Assembly: GCA_963771075.1 (NCBI GenBank) | Contig: CAVYSE010000007.1 | Coordinates: 192,001 to 256,000, forward strand | Source of the DNA: a candidate division FCPU426 bacterium | Lineage (GTDB): Bacteria > Oederibacteriota > Muellerivitia > Muellerivitales > Muellerivitaceae | Direction: 5' to 3' | DNA length: 64,000 nt | Shown: in pieces, positions 43,599 through 53,255 of the stretch | Numbering within the stretch: the stretch's first letter is position 1 | How the letters are laid out: each line of letters opens with the position of its first letter | The notes under the pieces: generated by a model | What the model was told of the DNA's origin: nothing | Database searches by the model: none | Seen by the model: the letters and a program-made list of their open reading frames with translations, nothing else | Position numbers and translations under genes: made by a program

Positions 43599-45954
43599 GG
43601 CTAGGCTCCAGAATCATCCGCTGGAAGATGCGGTCAATGCTGTTGATCTTGACGATCATGCTGTCACCCAGACGTAAATGCGATCCGTTTTGGGTGGAAA
43701 GACAAAGGCCTTGGGCGTCGAAACGGTATCCATCCCCTAGCTTTTCCAAGAGCAAAAAGCCCTCGACGCCGAAAGGTTGAATTTCCAGATAAGCCCCGTA
43801 GGCCGTCACATGGCGGAAAACGCCAGTAAAAGTAAGTCCCACTTTATCTTCCATGAATCGTAATTGAAGCAGTTTCTGGCATTCGCGTTCCGCCTTTTCC
43901 GCCGCCCTTTCCTGCAGGCTGCAGTGGGAAGCCTGCAAGAGCATCCCCTCGGCCTTCGCCATTCCGCCCGGATCATTCAAGGCCTTTTTGAGGGACCGGT
44001 GCACGACCAAGTCAGGATAACGACGGATGGGAGAGGTGAAATGGCAGTAGGAATCGAGACCCAGGCCGAAATGGCCCAGGTTTTGTGTGGAATAAACCGC
44101 TAATTTAAGCGACCGGAGGGAAAGGGTGGAGACCACCGGTTCCAAGGGCTCCCCCTTCACGGAGGTCAAGAGGTCTTGAAATCCCTTGGGGGTCGAGAGG
44201 TCCAAATGCTTGTGGGGAATGTGGTAAGCCTTTAAAAAGGCGACCAGTTCCTCCAGGTCCATCGGCGAGGGGGGCTCGTGGATCCGATACATGGCGGGTA
44301 TTTTCTTTTCCCACAAAAAGGTAGCCACCGCCTCGTTGGCGGAGACCATGAAGTCCTCGATCATCTTGTGGGTCTCCAGCCTTTCCAGCCGGATCACCCC
44401 GGCAACTCGGCCTTCGGCGTCCATGACTGCTTTTACCTCAGGAAAGTTAAAGTCCAATGCGCCCTTATGACTGCGCTGCTTGCGGATCAAACGGGAAAGA
44501 TCACGCATCTCAAAGAGCATGGGATTCAAATGGGAGTATTTTTTTTCGATTTCGGGGGAAGCGGATCCGTCCAAGACCATTTGCACTTCTTTATAGATGC
44601 CCCTTCGGGAGCTTTGGATGACGCTTGGCGCGAAGTGGGTCTTGATGACTTGTCCTTGGGAGTCGTATTCCATGAAAGCGCTGAGGGTCAGGCGGGGAAC
44701 GGCCTCCCGCAAGGAACAGAGGCCGTCCGATAGGCCGTGGGGAAGCATGGGCAAAACTCGGTCGGCCAGGTAAAGGCTGGTGGCGCGGGATCGGGCTTCC
44801 TTATCCAGGGGGCTATCCGGCGTGACGTAATGGGAAACGTCGGCGATGTGGACACCAAGCCTCCAATGTCCGGTTTGGGTTTTTTCAAGAGAAATGGCGT
44901 CATCGAAATCCTTTGCATCGGCCCCATCGATGGTCAGCAGGGGCAATCGACGCAGGTCCAAGCGTCCCTGGTAGTCCCTTTCCTCCGGGTCCGCCGGAAA
45001 GCGGTGGGCTTCGGTTTCGACTGTTTTGGGGAAATGATCAGGCCATTGGTGTTTGCGTATCACCGACTTGATCTCGACCCCCGGATCGCTGGCGAAACCC
45101 AGAATCTCGATAATCTTGCCCCGGATCGCGTGTTGGGGGGGCCATTGCGTGATCTCCAGGAGCGCCTTTTGGCCGATCTCGGTTTTCATGGCGGTCGGTT
45201 CGATCGCGACCTCGGACGGGAGTTTTTGGTCGTCGGGCTTCAGGATCAACCGGCCATTTGATTTTGATAGGAGGCCAACCACAGTCCGGTTCTTGCGTTC
45301 GACCATCTCAATGAAACGCGCGTTGAATCGCTCCGGTTTACGGGGGTCGGGGAAGATCTCCGCACGGACCTTATCGCCGTTGAGGATGTTCCGCATCTCA
45401 TTCGGCGGAAGAAAGGCGTCCGGGGAGCCATCTTCGGGGACGAAGAAACCAAAACCTTTTTCATGGGCCTGGACCGTACCGACCATCCCTCGTCCTCCCT
45501 TGGTTTGAGTTGGACGGGGATGACCGGGGGTGGAATGGGGGATGTTTTTTTTCGAAGAATTTTGACCCGAAAGGCCTTTGAAACCAGGGGAAGGGAAGCG
45601 GTTGGGTGAAGGAATGATCTTTCCCCTGCCGTCGCGTCCAAAATGCTTTTTGGGGCGCCTGCCTTTTGATGGGTGGTGGTCCCCATTCCCGCCTTTAGTG
45701 GCTGGAGTGTCGGTAGAGTATGATCCCGTGGGGGTTTTCCATCGGGCTTCTTCCGGTTGCGACTTGGTATTCTTCCCAAAAGACGAGAAAAAACGTTTCA
45801 GGGCTCCCTCTTTTTTGGGGACGGTATCTTTGCTGTGCGGGTTTTGGACCGCGTGAGGCCTGGTGGTCTTGTAAGAATGGGGGGGTTGAGGGTCTTTGTA
45901 ATGCCGTTTGTGTTTGTTTTCCGAAAAATGATGTTGATGCTTTTTTTTTGCCAA
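43591..45954 (-). CDS. rnr: Ribonuclease R with a long basic disordered N-terminus
   Basis: CSD GFGFFVP, TIDGADAKDFDDA, HIADVSHYV, HFTSPIRRYPDL, S1 domain. TTG 45954 with AAGGA RBS (ORF open to 46017). Confidence 0.93.
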   Translation of the reverse strand: MAKKKHQHHFSENKHKRHYKDPQPPHSYKTTRPHAVQNPHSKDTVPKKEGALKRFFSSFGKNTKSQPEEARWKTPTGSYSTDTPATKGGNGDHHPSKGRRPKKHFGRDGRGKIIPSPNRFPSPGFKGLSGQNSSKKNIPHSTPGHPRPTQTKGGRGMVGTVQAHEKGFGFFVPEDGSPDAFLPPNEMRNILNGDKVRAEIFPDPRKPERFNARFIEMVERKNRTVVGLLSKSNGRLILKPDDQKLPSEVAIEPTAMKTEIGQKALLEITQWPPQHAIRGKIIEILGFASDPGVEIKSVIRKHQWPDHFPKTVETEAHRFPADPEERDYQGRLDLRRLPLLTIDGADAKDFDDAISLEKTQTGHWRLGVHIADVSHYVTPDSPLDKEARSRATSLYLADRVLPMLPHGLSDGLCSLREAVPRLTLSAFMEYDSQGQVIKTHFAPSVIQSSRRGIYKEVQMVLDGSASPEIEKKYSHLNPMLFEMRDLSRLIRKQRSHKGALDFNFPEVKAVMDAEGRVAGVIRLERLETHKMIEDFMVSANEAVATFLWEKKIPAMYRIHEPPSPMDLEELVAFLKAYHIPHKHLDLSTPKGFQDLLTSVKGEPLEPVVSTLSLRSLKLAVYSTQNLGHFGLGLDSYCHFTSPIRRYPDLVVHRSLKKALNDPGGMAKAEGMLLQASHCSLQERAAEKAERECQKLLQLRFMEDKVGLTFTGVFRHVTAYGAYLEIQPFGVEGFLLLEKLGDGYRFDAQGLCLSTQNGSHLRLGDSMIVKINSIDRIFQRMILEPSRA

Positions 45955-46076
45955 CTGTTTTTCCTTTTTAGATTGCGCAACCAATGGAGAAATTCGGGAG
46001 AAGTGAGGAAGGTTCAAGAAGACTTGAATAAACGCTCGTAAGACTCAAAAGCCCCTAAATCGCGAATGACCATCGC

Positions 46077-46106
46077 TTGACAGTGATTTTAATACTAATT
46101 TATACT
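46077..46106 (+). promoter_or_regulatory. sigma70-type promoter for tRNA-Leu
   Basis: TTGACA-18 nt-TATACT followed by a GC-rich discriminator. Confidence 0.6.
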
Positions 46107-46164
46107 ACGCCCCCTCGTTAGACAAGTCCTTCTGGGTCGCCGCCTGATTTACTTCGGTTCACGT

Positions 46165-46251
46165 GCGGAAGTGGCGAAACTGGCAGACGCACTAGCTTCA
46201 GGTGCTAGCGGGGGCAACCTCATGGGGGTTCAACTCCCCCCTTCCGCACCA
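46165..46251 (+). tRNA. tRNA-Leu (anticodon CAG)
   Basis: Acceptor GCGGAAG/CTTCCGC, anticodon arm CTAGC-TTCAGGT-GCTAG, long variable arm, T-loop TTCAACT, encoded CCA. Confidence 0.96.
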
Positions 46252-46275
46252 CTTTTTTCTCCCGGGATCCCAACC

Positions 46276-48852
46276 ATGCCTAAAGCCGACCCAACTTTCG
46301 AGGCCGGTCTATTCCAATTTCTACTCCCCAATGGCGCTCTCTTAATCGTGAAAGAAGTCCCGACCACCCCCGTGGTATCCCTCAATTTGTGGGTGGACGC
46401 AGGTTCGGTCGATGAGAAACCGGATGAGCGAGGGATGGCGCACCTCATCGAGCACATGATTTTCAAGGGAACGGCCAAGCGGGGCGTGGGCCAGATCTCC
46501 CGGGAAGTCGAGGCCGCGGGAGGCTACCTGAACGCCTTCACGAGTTTTGAGCATACTTGTTTTTATGTCGTCCTTCCCGCCGACCAGGTCCGAAAGGCCA
46601 TGGATGTGGAATTCGACGCCTTTTTCCATTCCACTTTCGACGCTGGGGAATTGGAAAAGGAAAAGGAGGTGGTGTTCGAGGAAATGCGCATGCGGCAGGA
46701 CGATCCCTGGAGCTGGTCCTGGGAACTACTCTTTAAGAACCTGTTTAGGAAGAACCCTTACCATTGGCCCGTGATCGGGGATCCTAAGATCTTGAAATCG
46801 GTACCACGCGTAAAATTGCTCGCTTATTACCGCCGGCATTACACCCCTCGTAATACCGTCATCGTCATCGTGGGGAACGTGAATGCGAGAGAAATTCGGG
46901 CCTGGGTCCAAATGGGATTCGGTACCGCCAAGTCCGGAAAGCCACCCAAAAGGATTTTCAGGGACGACACCGAACCTAAACAATTGAAAATCGTTGCTTC
47001 CCGTGGGGAGATTCGTCAAACCTATCTCTCGCTTGGTTTTCCCACCGTGAACCAGGACCATCCGGACGGCCCGGCCCTTGAAATATTGGATTCTGTTTTG
47101 GGTGACGGCCATGCCAGTCGGCTGAATCTCTCCATCAAGGAGCGTACCCGTTCCGCCGACGAGGTGGGAAGCGATCATTTCATGGGTAAGTTCGGCGGGG
47201 CCATTACGTTTCAGGGGCTCACGGATAAAATCCGGAGCGAACGTTTCCTCGAGGATCTCATGGAGGCGATCCGAACCCTCGTCGATCGGGGGGTGGGTCT
47301 GGATGAATTGCAAAAGGTCAAGACCAAGGTTCGCGCCTCCAAGATATTCGAGAAGCAAAACGTGGACGGGCAAGCTAAATCCCTTGGCTATTGGCAATTG
47401 GCGGGCGGTTTGTATAAAGAGGAGCAATACCTGAGCGCCCTGGAAAGGGTTACCTCCACCGACTTGCAGAAAGTGGCGAAGCAATATTTAAAGCCTTCCC
47501 GCGCGACTTTGGTGGTTTATCAACCCAAGGGCCAAACCTTCCCTTTGACTGAACCGGCCTGCCAAAAGCTGTTGGAAAACAGTTTGGGTTCGGAACCCGT
47601 TAAGGTGAAAACAGGTGGAAATAATAAAGCTATCATTGAAAAAGTCGCGATGCCGGGCGGGTGCACTCTTTATATGAAACGCCGTCCGGAACTTCCCCTC
47701 GTTTCTTTGGGCGCTTTTTTCAAGGGTGGATTCGTTTCGGAAGGTGAGAAAAACCAGGGCCTCACCCATCTCATGACACGATGCCTTACCAAAGGAACTG
47801 ATCAAAGGGACTTTGAGGAATTTAGTACCCGGATCGAAAGCCTGGCCGCCCATATCGACCCTTTCATGGAAAAGGATTACTGGGGCATCACCCTGGATTG
47901 CCTTGAAAACCGATTTTCCGAGTCTTTCCCTCTCATGATGGAAGCCCTTCTTCAGCCCGCCTTCTCAAGGGATGAAGTCGAGAAGGAAAAGAAAATCCAG
48001 ATGGCGGCCTTGAAAAGGCAAAAGGATGACCCGGGCGAGTTCGCCCTTTTGAAATCCGATCTTTTAACATTTAAGGGAAGCCCCTATGGGCACGAATCCA
48101 TGGGCGACATGAAGACCATCCCGAAATTCAATAACCGGATCCTTCGCAGATGGCACCAGGGCTTTTTAAACCAAAACAACCTGACCTGGGTCGCGGTGGG
48201 TGATTTCAAGAAGGACGAATTGATTCGAACGTTGGCTGAACAAACCGCACGATTCCAAACGGTTCGCCCAAAAACTGCCAAAGCGGGTAAGGCGGCTTCC
48301 TGGGGTGGGGGTCACTTTCGGGAAGCCTTGAAAAGCCAGCAAAGCCACCTGGTCCTTGGAATGCGCGCTCCCAGCTACCTTTCCCCGGATTACATCGCGT
48401 TCCGGGTTTTGAACACCCTGCTGGGTGGGATGGGCGGGGAGCTTTTTTCCGAGTTGAGGGATAAAAGAAGCCTGGCCTATAGCGTCCACGCTTCTCATGA
48501 CGCGGCCCTTCGCGAGGGAATCTTCCAGATCTACATTGGCTGCGCGCCTGCCAAGGTGAAAGCCGCCAAGGAGGGCCTGCTTCAGGTGATCACGGATTTC
48601 GCCCATCAAACGCCCTCTCAGGTGGATCTGGATAGAGCCAAGACCTATCTCATCGGTCTTTATCAAATGAATCAGCAATCCAACCGTTCGCAAGTATATT
48701 CTTACGGACGGTACGCCCTTTCGTGTATGGCACTCCCGCTGATGGACCAGCTTCCCCAAAGGGTGAGGAGTGTGACATCAGCGCAAGTGCAAACGGCCGC
48801 TAAAAAATATTTGCTGGATCCGCGTCAAACCTGGGTGGAAGTGGGGCCCTAA
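46276..48852 (+). CDS. M16-family (pitrilysin/PqqL-like) zinc peptidase, two-module
   Basis: AHLIEHMIFKGT (HxxEH), NAFTS, inactive second half, ELRDKRSLAY. ATG at 46276 downstream of the tRNA. Confidence 0.93.
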   Translation: MPKADPTFEAGLFQFLLPNGALLIVKEVPTTPVVSLNLWVDAGSVDEKPDERGMAHLIEHMIFKGTAKRGVGQISREVEAAGGYLNAFTSFEHTCFYVVLPADQVRKAMDVEFDAFFHSTFDAGELEKEKEVVFEEMRMRQDDPWSWSWELLFKNLFRKNPYHWPVIGDPKILKSVPRVKLLAYYRRHYTPRNTVIVIVGNVNAREIRAWVQMGFGTAKSGKPPKRIFRDDTEPKQLKIVASRGEIRQTYLSLGFPTVNQDHPDGPALEILDSVLGDGHASRLNLSIKERTRSADEVGSDHFMGKFGGAITFQGLTDKIRSERFLEDLMEAIRTLVDRGVGLDELQKVKTKVRASKIFEKQNVDGQAKSLGYWQLAGGLYKEEQYLSALERVTSTDLQKVAKQYLKPSRATLVVYQPKGQTFPLTEPACQKLLENSLGSEPVKVKTGGNNKAIIEKVAMPGGCTLYMKRRPELPLVSLGAFFKGGFVSEGEKNQGLTHLMTRCLTKGTDQRDFEEFSTRIESLAAHIDPFMEKDYWGITLDCLENRFSESFPLMMEALLQPAFSRDEVEKEKKIQMAALKRQKDDPGEFALLKSDLLTFKGSPYGHESMGDMKTIPKFNNRILRRWHQGFLNQNNLTWVAVGDFKKDELIRTLAEQTARFQTVRPKTAKAGKAASWGGGHFREALKSQQSHLVLGMRAPSYLSPDYIAFRVLNTLLGGMGGELFSELRDKRSLAYSVHASHDAALREGIFQIYIGCAPAKVKAAKEGLLQVITDFAHQTPSQVDLDRAKTYLIGLYQMNQQSNRSQVYSYGRYALSCMALPLMDQLPQRVRSVTSAQVQTAAKKYLLDPRQTWVEVGP

Positions 48853-48922
48853 TCCGAACCTGTTTAGCTCATACCATTTTTGGGGTGGGATGAACCCAAA
48901 AATAATTTGAAGGAGATTTAGA

Positions 48923-49225
48923 ATGTTCGTTTTGAGAGCTTTTTTGGATACATTGGGAGGGCTAGCTAACACCATTATTGGGTTGTTGGAATTGATCATC
49001 GTGATCCGGGTTATCCTTTCCTGGGCCAACGCCGATCCCTATAACAGCTTTGTTCGGATCATTTTTAAAATAGCCGATCCTATATTGAAACCATTTCAAA
49101 GGTTGGTGCCGGCCTGGCGTTTAGGTGGCCTTGACCTTTCCCCCATTTTCGCCTTTTTTTGCCTTGAATTTATCAAGCGCATTATTGATTACGGACTTGC
49201 CTATCTGAGCTCAATGGCTCAATAA
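48923..49225 (+). CDS. yggT: YggT-family membrane protein
   Basis: IRVILSW...DPYN...DPILKPF...LDLSPI. Confidence 0.92.
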   Translation: MFVLRAFLDTLGGLANTIIGLLELIIVIRVILSWANADPYNSFVRIIFKIADPILKPFQRLVPAWRLGGLDLSPIFAFFCLEFIKRIIDYGLAYLSSMAQ

Positions 49226-49272
49226 AGGCCTTTAGAAACCGCATTCTTTAGCCTATATTAAATTAGACGTTT

Positions 49273-51732
49273 ATGATTAAAACTTATCCAAAACTCCCTT
49301 TCGACTCCCTGCCAACCCCTACTCCAAGGGGTATTAAGCTTTTATTTGTCCTAACCTTTACCTTCTATTGGTTCTGTTTGAACCATTCTTCCGCGGTGGA
49401 TTTGAACATCGCCCAGGACGCCTACGGTTTGGGCATGGGTGGGGCCGTGGCGGCTATTGCGGCAGGCACCCAGGCGGTCCCTTACAATCCCGCCGGGATC
49501 GCCCGTGCGAACCTTCCCTCGGTGCAGGGGGGAATGGGATTTTGGCCGGGCCCCAGCAATTTCGACCTGTCCCTCGGGGGCCTTTATCCTCTGAATGACG
49601 GTACGGTCTTTGGTTTTAACCTCTATTCGGATTTTCCACAAGATTCGAGTTCTTGCGCCGCCTATGTCGGGTCCTTCGCCTTTCCGCTCGACGCGTCCCG
49701 GGATTTCCTCTTTGGGATGACACTAAAATATATGGCTCTGGGACAGGATCTTTTTGGGACGCAGATCAATGGAAGGGGTTTGGGGTTCGACATGGGTTTG
49801 AGCTACGACCTGCGCGATCCCAAAGGTACCCGGGCTTCCTTTGCCTTGGTGATCCAAAACGTAGATACCCAACTGCGTTTTGACGACGATTCGGAAGAAA
49901 CCATGCCCCGAAGCTTCACCCTTGGCGCCTCCTACCAGGAAATCCAGGATACCCGCCTGGAAATGGACTATCTCTTTTATGATCAGGTTCTGGAAACCAC
50001 CGGCCAAGGCGACCGCTTGCGAATCGGGGCGGAACGTTTATTCCAGGATAAAAATATTTCCGTGCGGGCCGGATTCGACGGCCTCATCAACTCGGATGGG
50101 ATATTCACCCTGGGGGCGGGTTACCAACCCGTGCCCCATTATGAATTCGATTACGCGCTCCAATTGCCGGTTAACGGCGGTCCGGTGGGGAACTACCTGA
50201 ATTTCATCTACCGGTTCGAGACGGGCGCTCCTGAAAAAAAACTTCCGGTCGCGGCTTCGACTCCCTTCATCCCCACGCCCTCCGGTGCCGCCTCCGCCGA
50301 TATCGACTTGAGCCGGAGCGTGGTTCCCATCGAGGGAAACCCAACCGGCAGTCCCGTGGTCGAAATCCCCGTGGTGATTCCCCCCGCCACTGGAACGCCC
50401 AAGCGTCCATTGACGATCCGGGTGAACCCAGTTGCCTTTTCCCCATCAGCCCGCCCCAAAGCAGTGACGATCACCTTCCCAGGGGATCAATCTCCCGACA
50501 TCAGACGGTGGGTTTTATCAGTGGAAACACAGGACAAGAAATCCATTCGCACCTTCAGCGGAACCGGACCGCTGCCCCCCTTCCTGGGCTGGGAAGGATT
50601 GGATGATGAAGCCCATCAAGTTCCCGATGGGCTTTACCAACTCCACCTTCGCACCATCGACCCTAACGGGAGCTTGTTGTCCGACGACCTGCAGTCGGTT
50701 TCCGTTGTTGCGCCCCGTGCCCGTTTCGGGATCCAAACCGATTCCCCCTTTCTTTCCTTCCGCAAGGGCGCACACCGTTCTTCGTTTACGTTCAAGGTCA
50801 ACCCGGGTGGACCCCGCCAGGTCGCCCATTGGAATTTCGAGGTCAGCGAGGCATTTACCAATAGGGTTGTTTATCAGGCACAAGGGTTGAATGTCCTTCC
50901 CGAGAGCCTCAAATGGAACGGCAAAAACACCGGAAAGGAACCGGTGCCTGACGGAACTTACGTTTGTTTTTTGAGCGCAGAGGACAAGTCTGGAACCCCT
51001 TTGAAATCTGCCGCGCTCCAAGTAATGGTTCAAACCGCCCCGCCTGTCGTTGACCTGAAGGCGCCCGGCCACTTTATCGATCCCACCCAACCCATCCATT
51101 TGAATCTCGATCTCAACGCGGCAGATCCCGTCGGAATCAAAAGCTGGACATTGCTCCTGGAGGACTCGGACTTGGAACAACCTCTGAAGGTCTTCAAGGG
51201 AGACGGCCCGCCACCGGATTCGGTCGCTTGGGACGGTTTGGACGACTCGGCCCAGCCCATTCCCGCCGGTTCTTTCCTGATCGCCACCCTCCATGCGGTG
51301 GATAAGGCCGGAAACGACGGCGAATCATTGCCCTTTTCACTGCAGTGGGACGTGAAGGGGGCGGGGGAGGGTGGAAGCCTTTCCCTGAACCTCACAACCG
51401 TTTATTTCGACCCCCAGGGCGTGGAGCTGAACGAGGCCGGAACAAAAGAGATCGAGACAGCCGCCGCTTCCATCAAGCCCTACCTGAAGAAGAGCCTGCT
51501 GGTGGTTCGGGGCTTTTGCGCGGGAAGCGAGACGGGTGACCTGGTGGAGCTTTCGCATGACCGGGCGCGTAAGGTGGCCGATTGGATGACCCAAAAACTC
51601 CAACTCCCCGAGGGGTCGGTCTATGCGGTAGGGATGGGCGACCAATCGCCTTTGGCAGGGAACAGTTTAACGCCGGTTCCAGACGAGAAAAGGAGGGAAG
51701 CGGTATTGACCGTGATAACCTCATCTCCCTGA
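49273..51732 (+). CDS. PorV-like barrel with three FlgD-Ig-like repeats and a C-terminal OmpA-like domain
   Basis: GMGGA..A.....YNPAGIA; repeated G.G..P....W.G.D..G..VPDG.Y; VYFDP...LSHDRARKV...GMGDQSP...RR. Confidence 0.75.
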   Translation: MIKTYPKLPFDSLPTPTPRGIKLLFVLTFTFYWFCLNHSSAVDLNIAQDAYGLGMGGAVAAIAAGTQAVPYNPAGIARANLPSVQGGMGFWPGPSNFDLSLGGLYPLNDGTVFGFNLYSDFPQDSSSCAAYVGSFAFPLDASRDFLFGMTLKYMALGQDLFGTQINGRGLGFDMGLSYDLRDPKGTRASFALVIQNVDTQLRFDDDSEETMPRSFTLGASYQEIQDTRLEMDYLFYDQVLETTGQGDRLRIGAERLFQDKNISVRAGFDGLINSDGIFTLGAGYQPVPHYEFDYALQLPVNGGPVGNYLNFIYRFETGAPEKKLPVAASTPFIPTPSGAASADIDLSRSVVPIEGNPTGSPVVEIPVVIPPATGTPKRPLTIRVNPVAFSPSARPKAVTITFPGDQSPDIRRWVLSVETQDKKSIRTFSGTGPLPPFLGWEGLDDEAHQVPDGLYQLHLRTIDPNGSLLSDDLQSVSVVAPRARFGIQTDSPFLSFRKGAHRSSFTFKVNPGGPRQVAHWNFEVSEAFTNRVVYQAQGLNVLPESLKWNGKNTGKEPVPDGTYVCFLSAEDKSGTPLKSAALQVMVQTAPPVVDLKAPGHFIDPTQPIHLNLDLNAADPVGIKSWTLLLEDSDLEQPLKVFKGDGPPPDSVAWDGLDDSAQPIPAGSFLIATLHAVDKAGNDGESLPFSLQWDVKGAGEGGSLSLNLTTVYFDPQGVELNEAGTKEIETAAASIKPYLKKSLLVVRGFCAGSETGDLVELSHDRARKVADWMTQKLQLPEGSVYAVGMGDQSPLAGNSLTPVPDEKRREAVLTVITSSP

Positions 51733-51796
51733 TTGACCCAATGCCTCGCGGATTTGATAAAATAAAGTGTCTTACATCCCATTCCTAAAAGACCGC

Positions 51797-53110
51797 ATGA
51801 GAAACCTCATCCTCATTTTTATCGTTGCCGGAGTCCTTTTCGGCCTAAGCCAATACGCCTTCCTGGAAAGCCGCCAAAGTGTGGAAGATCGCACGACCAC
51901 CCGTGTGACCCTCTGGAATGTTCCTTCCAAATCACTCCCGATGGACCGTCAGTTGTGGGATGAAGAAGTGGCCAATTTTGAGGCAGAAAATAAAAATATC
52001 CGCATCGAGGGTTTTGAGCGGGAATACCAGCCCGAGGAGTTCATCACCGTCATGTCGGGGGGAAAGGGACCGGACCTGGTAAAAGTTTGGGTGGGGGCCA
52101 TCCAGACCCTGGCCACCATGGGTTTTCTCCAGCCGGTGGACGCTTACCTGCAAGGGTGGAACCAGCGGGATTTCATCAAATCGGTCCTTTGGGATAGCGT
52201 TAGCGTAGGGGGGAAGACCTACGGAATCCCCTGCGACAGCAACTTTTTATTTCTCCTTTACCGGAAAGACCTCTTCAAAACCGCTGGCTTGAACCCCGAT
52301 AACCCGCCCGAGACCTGGGATCAACTCACCGCCGATGCCCGGGCCCTGACCCACCGCCGGGATGGGGTTTACGGCCTGGGGCTAGTTCCCAAAACTTGGT
52401 ATTTCCAGGATTTCGTTTGGCAAGCGGGCGGAGAACTGGTTCGTACTGAAAATGGAAAGAACTTCGCGGCATTTGACGGGCCTGCCGCAGTCAAGGCGCT
52501 CCAATATTGGAAAGACCTGCGTTTTAAGTACAACGTCCTTCAACCCGACATACTCATGGGTGAGGCCGAGCTTCTCCACCTTTTCGCCCTGGGCAAGGTT
52601 GGCATGATGTTCGGCGTCGCTAACGATCTGCCTTCCCTCCTCGCCCGGTACAAAATGGATCCCGACGCGTTCGGCATCGCACCCCTTCCTGCGGGTCCTT
52701 CCGGAAGGGCCGCCCATCTTAGCGGTGAGGTTTTCGTCCTCAATGCCACCGCCAGCGAGGAAAACAAACAGGCGGCCTGGAAGTGGGTGCAGTTCGACCT
52801 TTCTCCTATCACCCAGCTTTGGAAATGGAACCGAATGCATGAGCTGAAAATGCCTATCTTTCCAAGTGCTTTTTCCTCGGCCACGGACGTCATGAACCTG
52901 CCCGATTTCAAGATGGTCAAGGACGCGCTTGATTCGGCAAAGGTGGAACCCCATGTGCCGGGTTGGCCCCAGGTCCGGGACATGCTGGATGATGACCCGC
53001 TCCAAAGCATATTACTGGACCCGGACGCGGACCCTCAGCTCCTCCTGACTTCTTTTGCGAAAGAAGCCGACCAGCGGTTCCTTTCGGCTTCCCCGGCGGC
53101 GAATAAATGA
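51797..53110 (+). CDS. Carbohydrate ABC transporter substrate-binding protein
   Basis: GKGPDL, GKTYGIP, LLYRKDLF..AGL...PPETWD, AAWKWV. Confidence 0.9.
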   Translation: MRNLILIFIVAGVLFGLSQYAFLESRQSVEDRTTTRVTLWNVPSKSLPMDRQLWDEEVANFEAENKNIRIEGFEREYQPEEFITVMSGGKGPDLVKVWVGAIQTLATMGFLQPVDAYLQGWNQRDFIKSVLWDSVSVGGKTYGIPCDSNFLFLLYRKDLFKTAGLNPDNPPETWDQLTADARALTHRRDGVYGLGLVPKTWYFQDFVWQAGGELVRTENGKNFAAFDGPAAVKALQYWKDLRFKYNVLQPDILMGEAELLHLFALGKVGMMFGVANDLPSLLARYKMDPDAFGIAPLPAGPSGRAAHLSGEVFVLNATASEENKQAAWKWVQFDLSPITQLWKWNRMHELKMPIFPSAFSSATDVMNLPDFKMVKDALDSAKVEPHVPGWPQVRDMLDDDPLQSILLDPDADPQLLLTSFAKEADQRFLSASPAANK

Positions 53111-53255
53111 TAATGCAACGCCAATATTCACCAGGGGGGCAAAGGGACAGGGGAAAATTCAGCCATACGGCGGACAGTTCGTTAATTTTAATCTTCGTCG
53201 CCGTGACTTCGAATCACCACAGTGAAACTTCCGCCTGTTTAGAAGGGGGACGGAA

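Noticed and set aside
35575..46251. tRNA genes as island integration sites
   Set aside because: No duplicated tRNA 3' ends or integrase seen; flanking genes are housekeeping.
46171..46275. N-terminal 35 aa of the 893-aa ORF
   Set aside because: Overlaps tRNA-Leu; the peptidase starts at ATG 46276.
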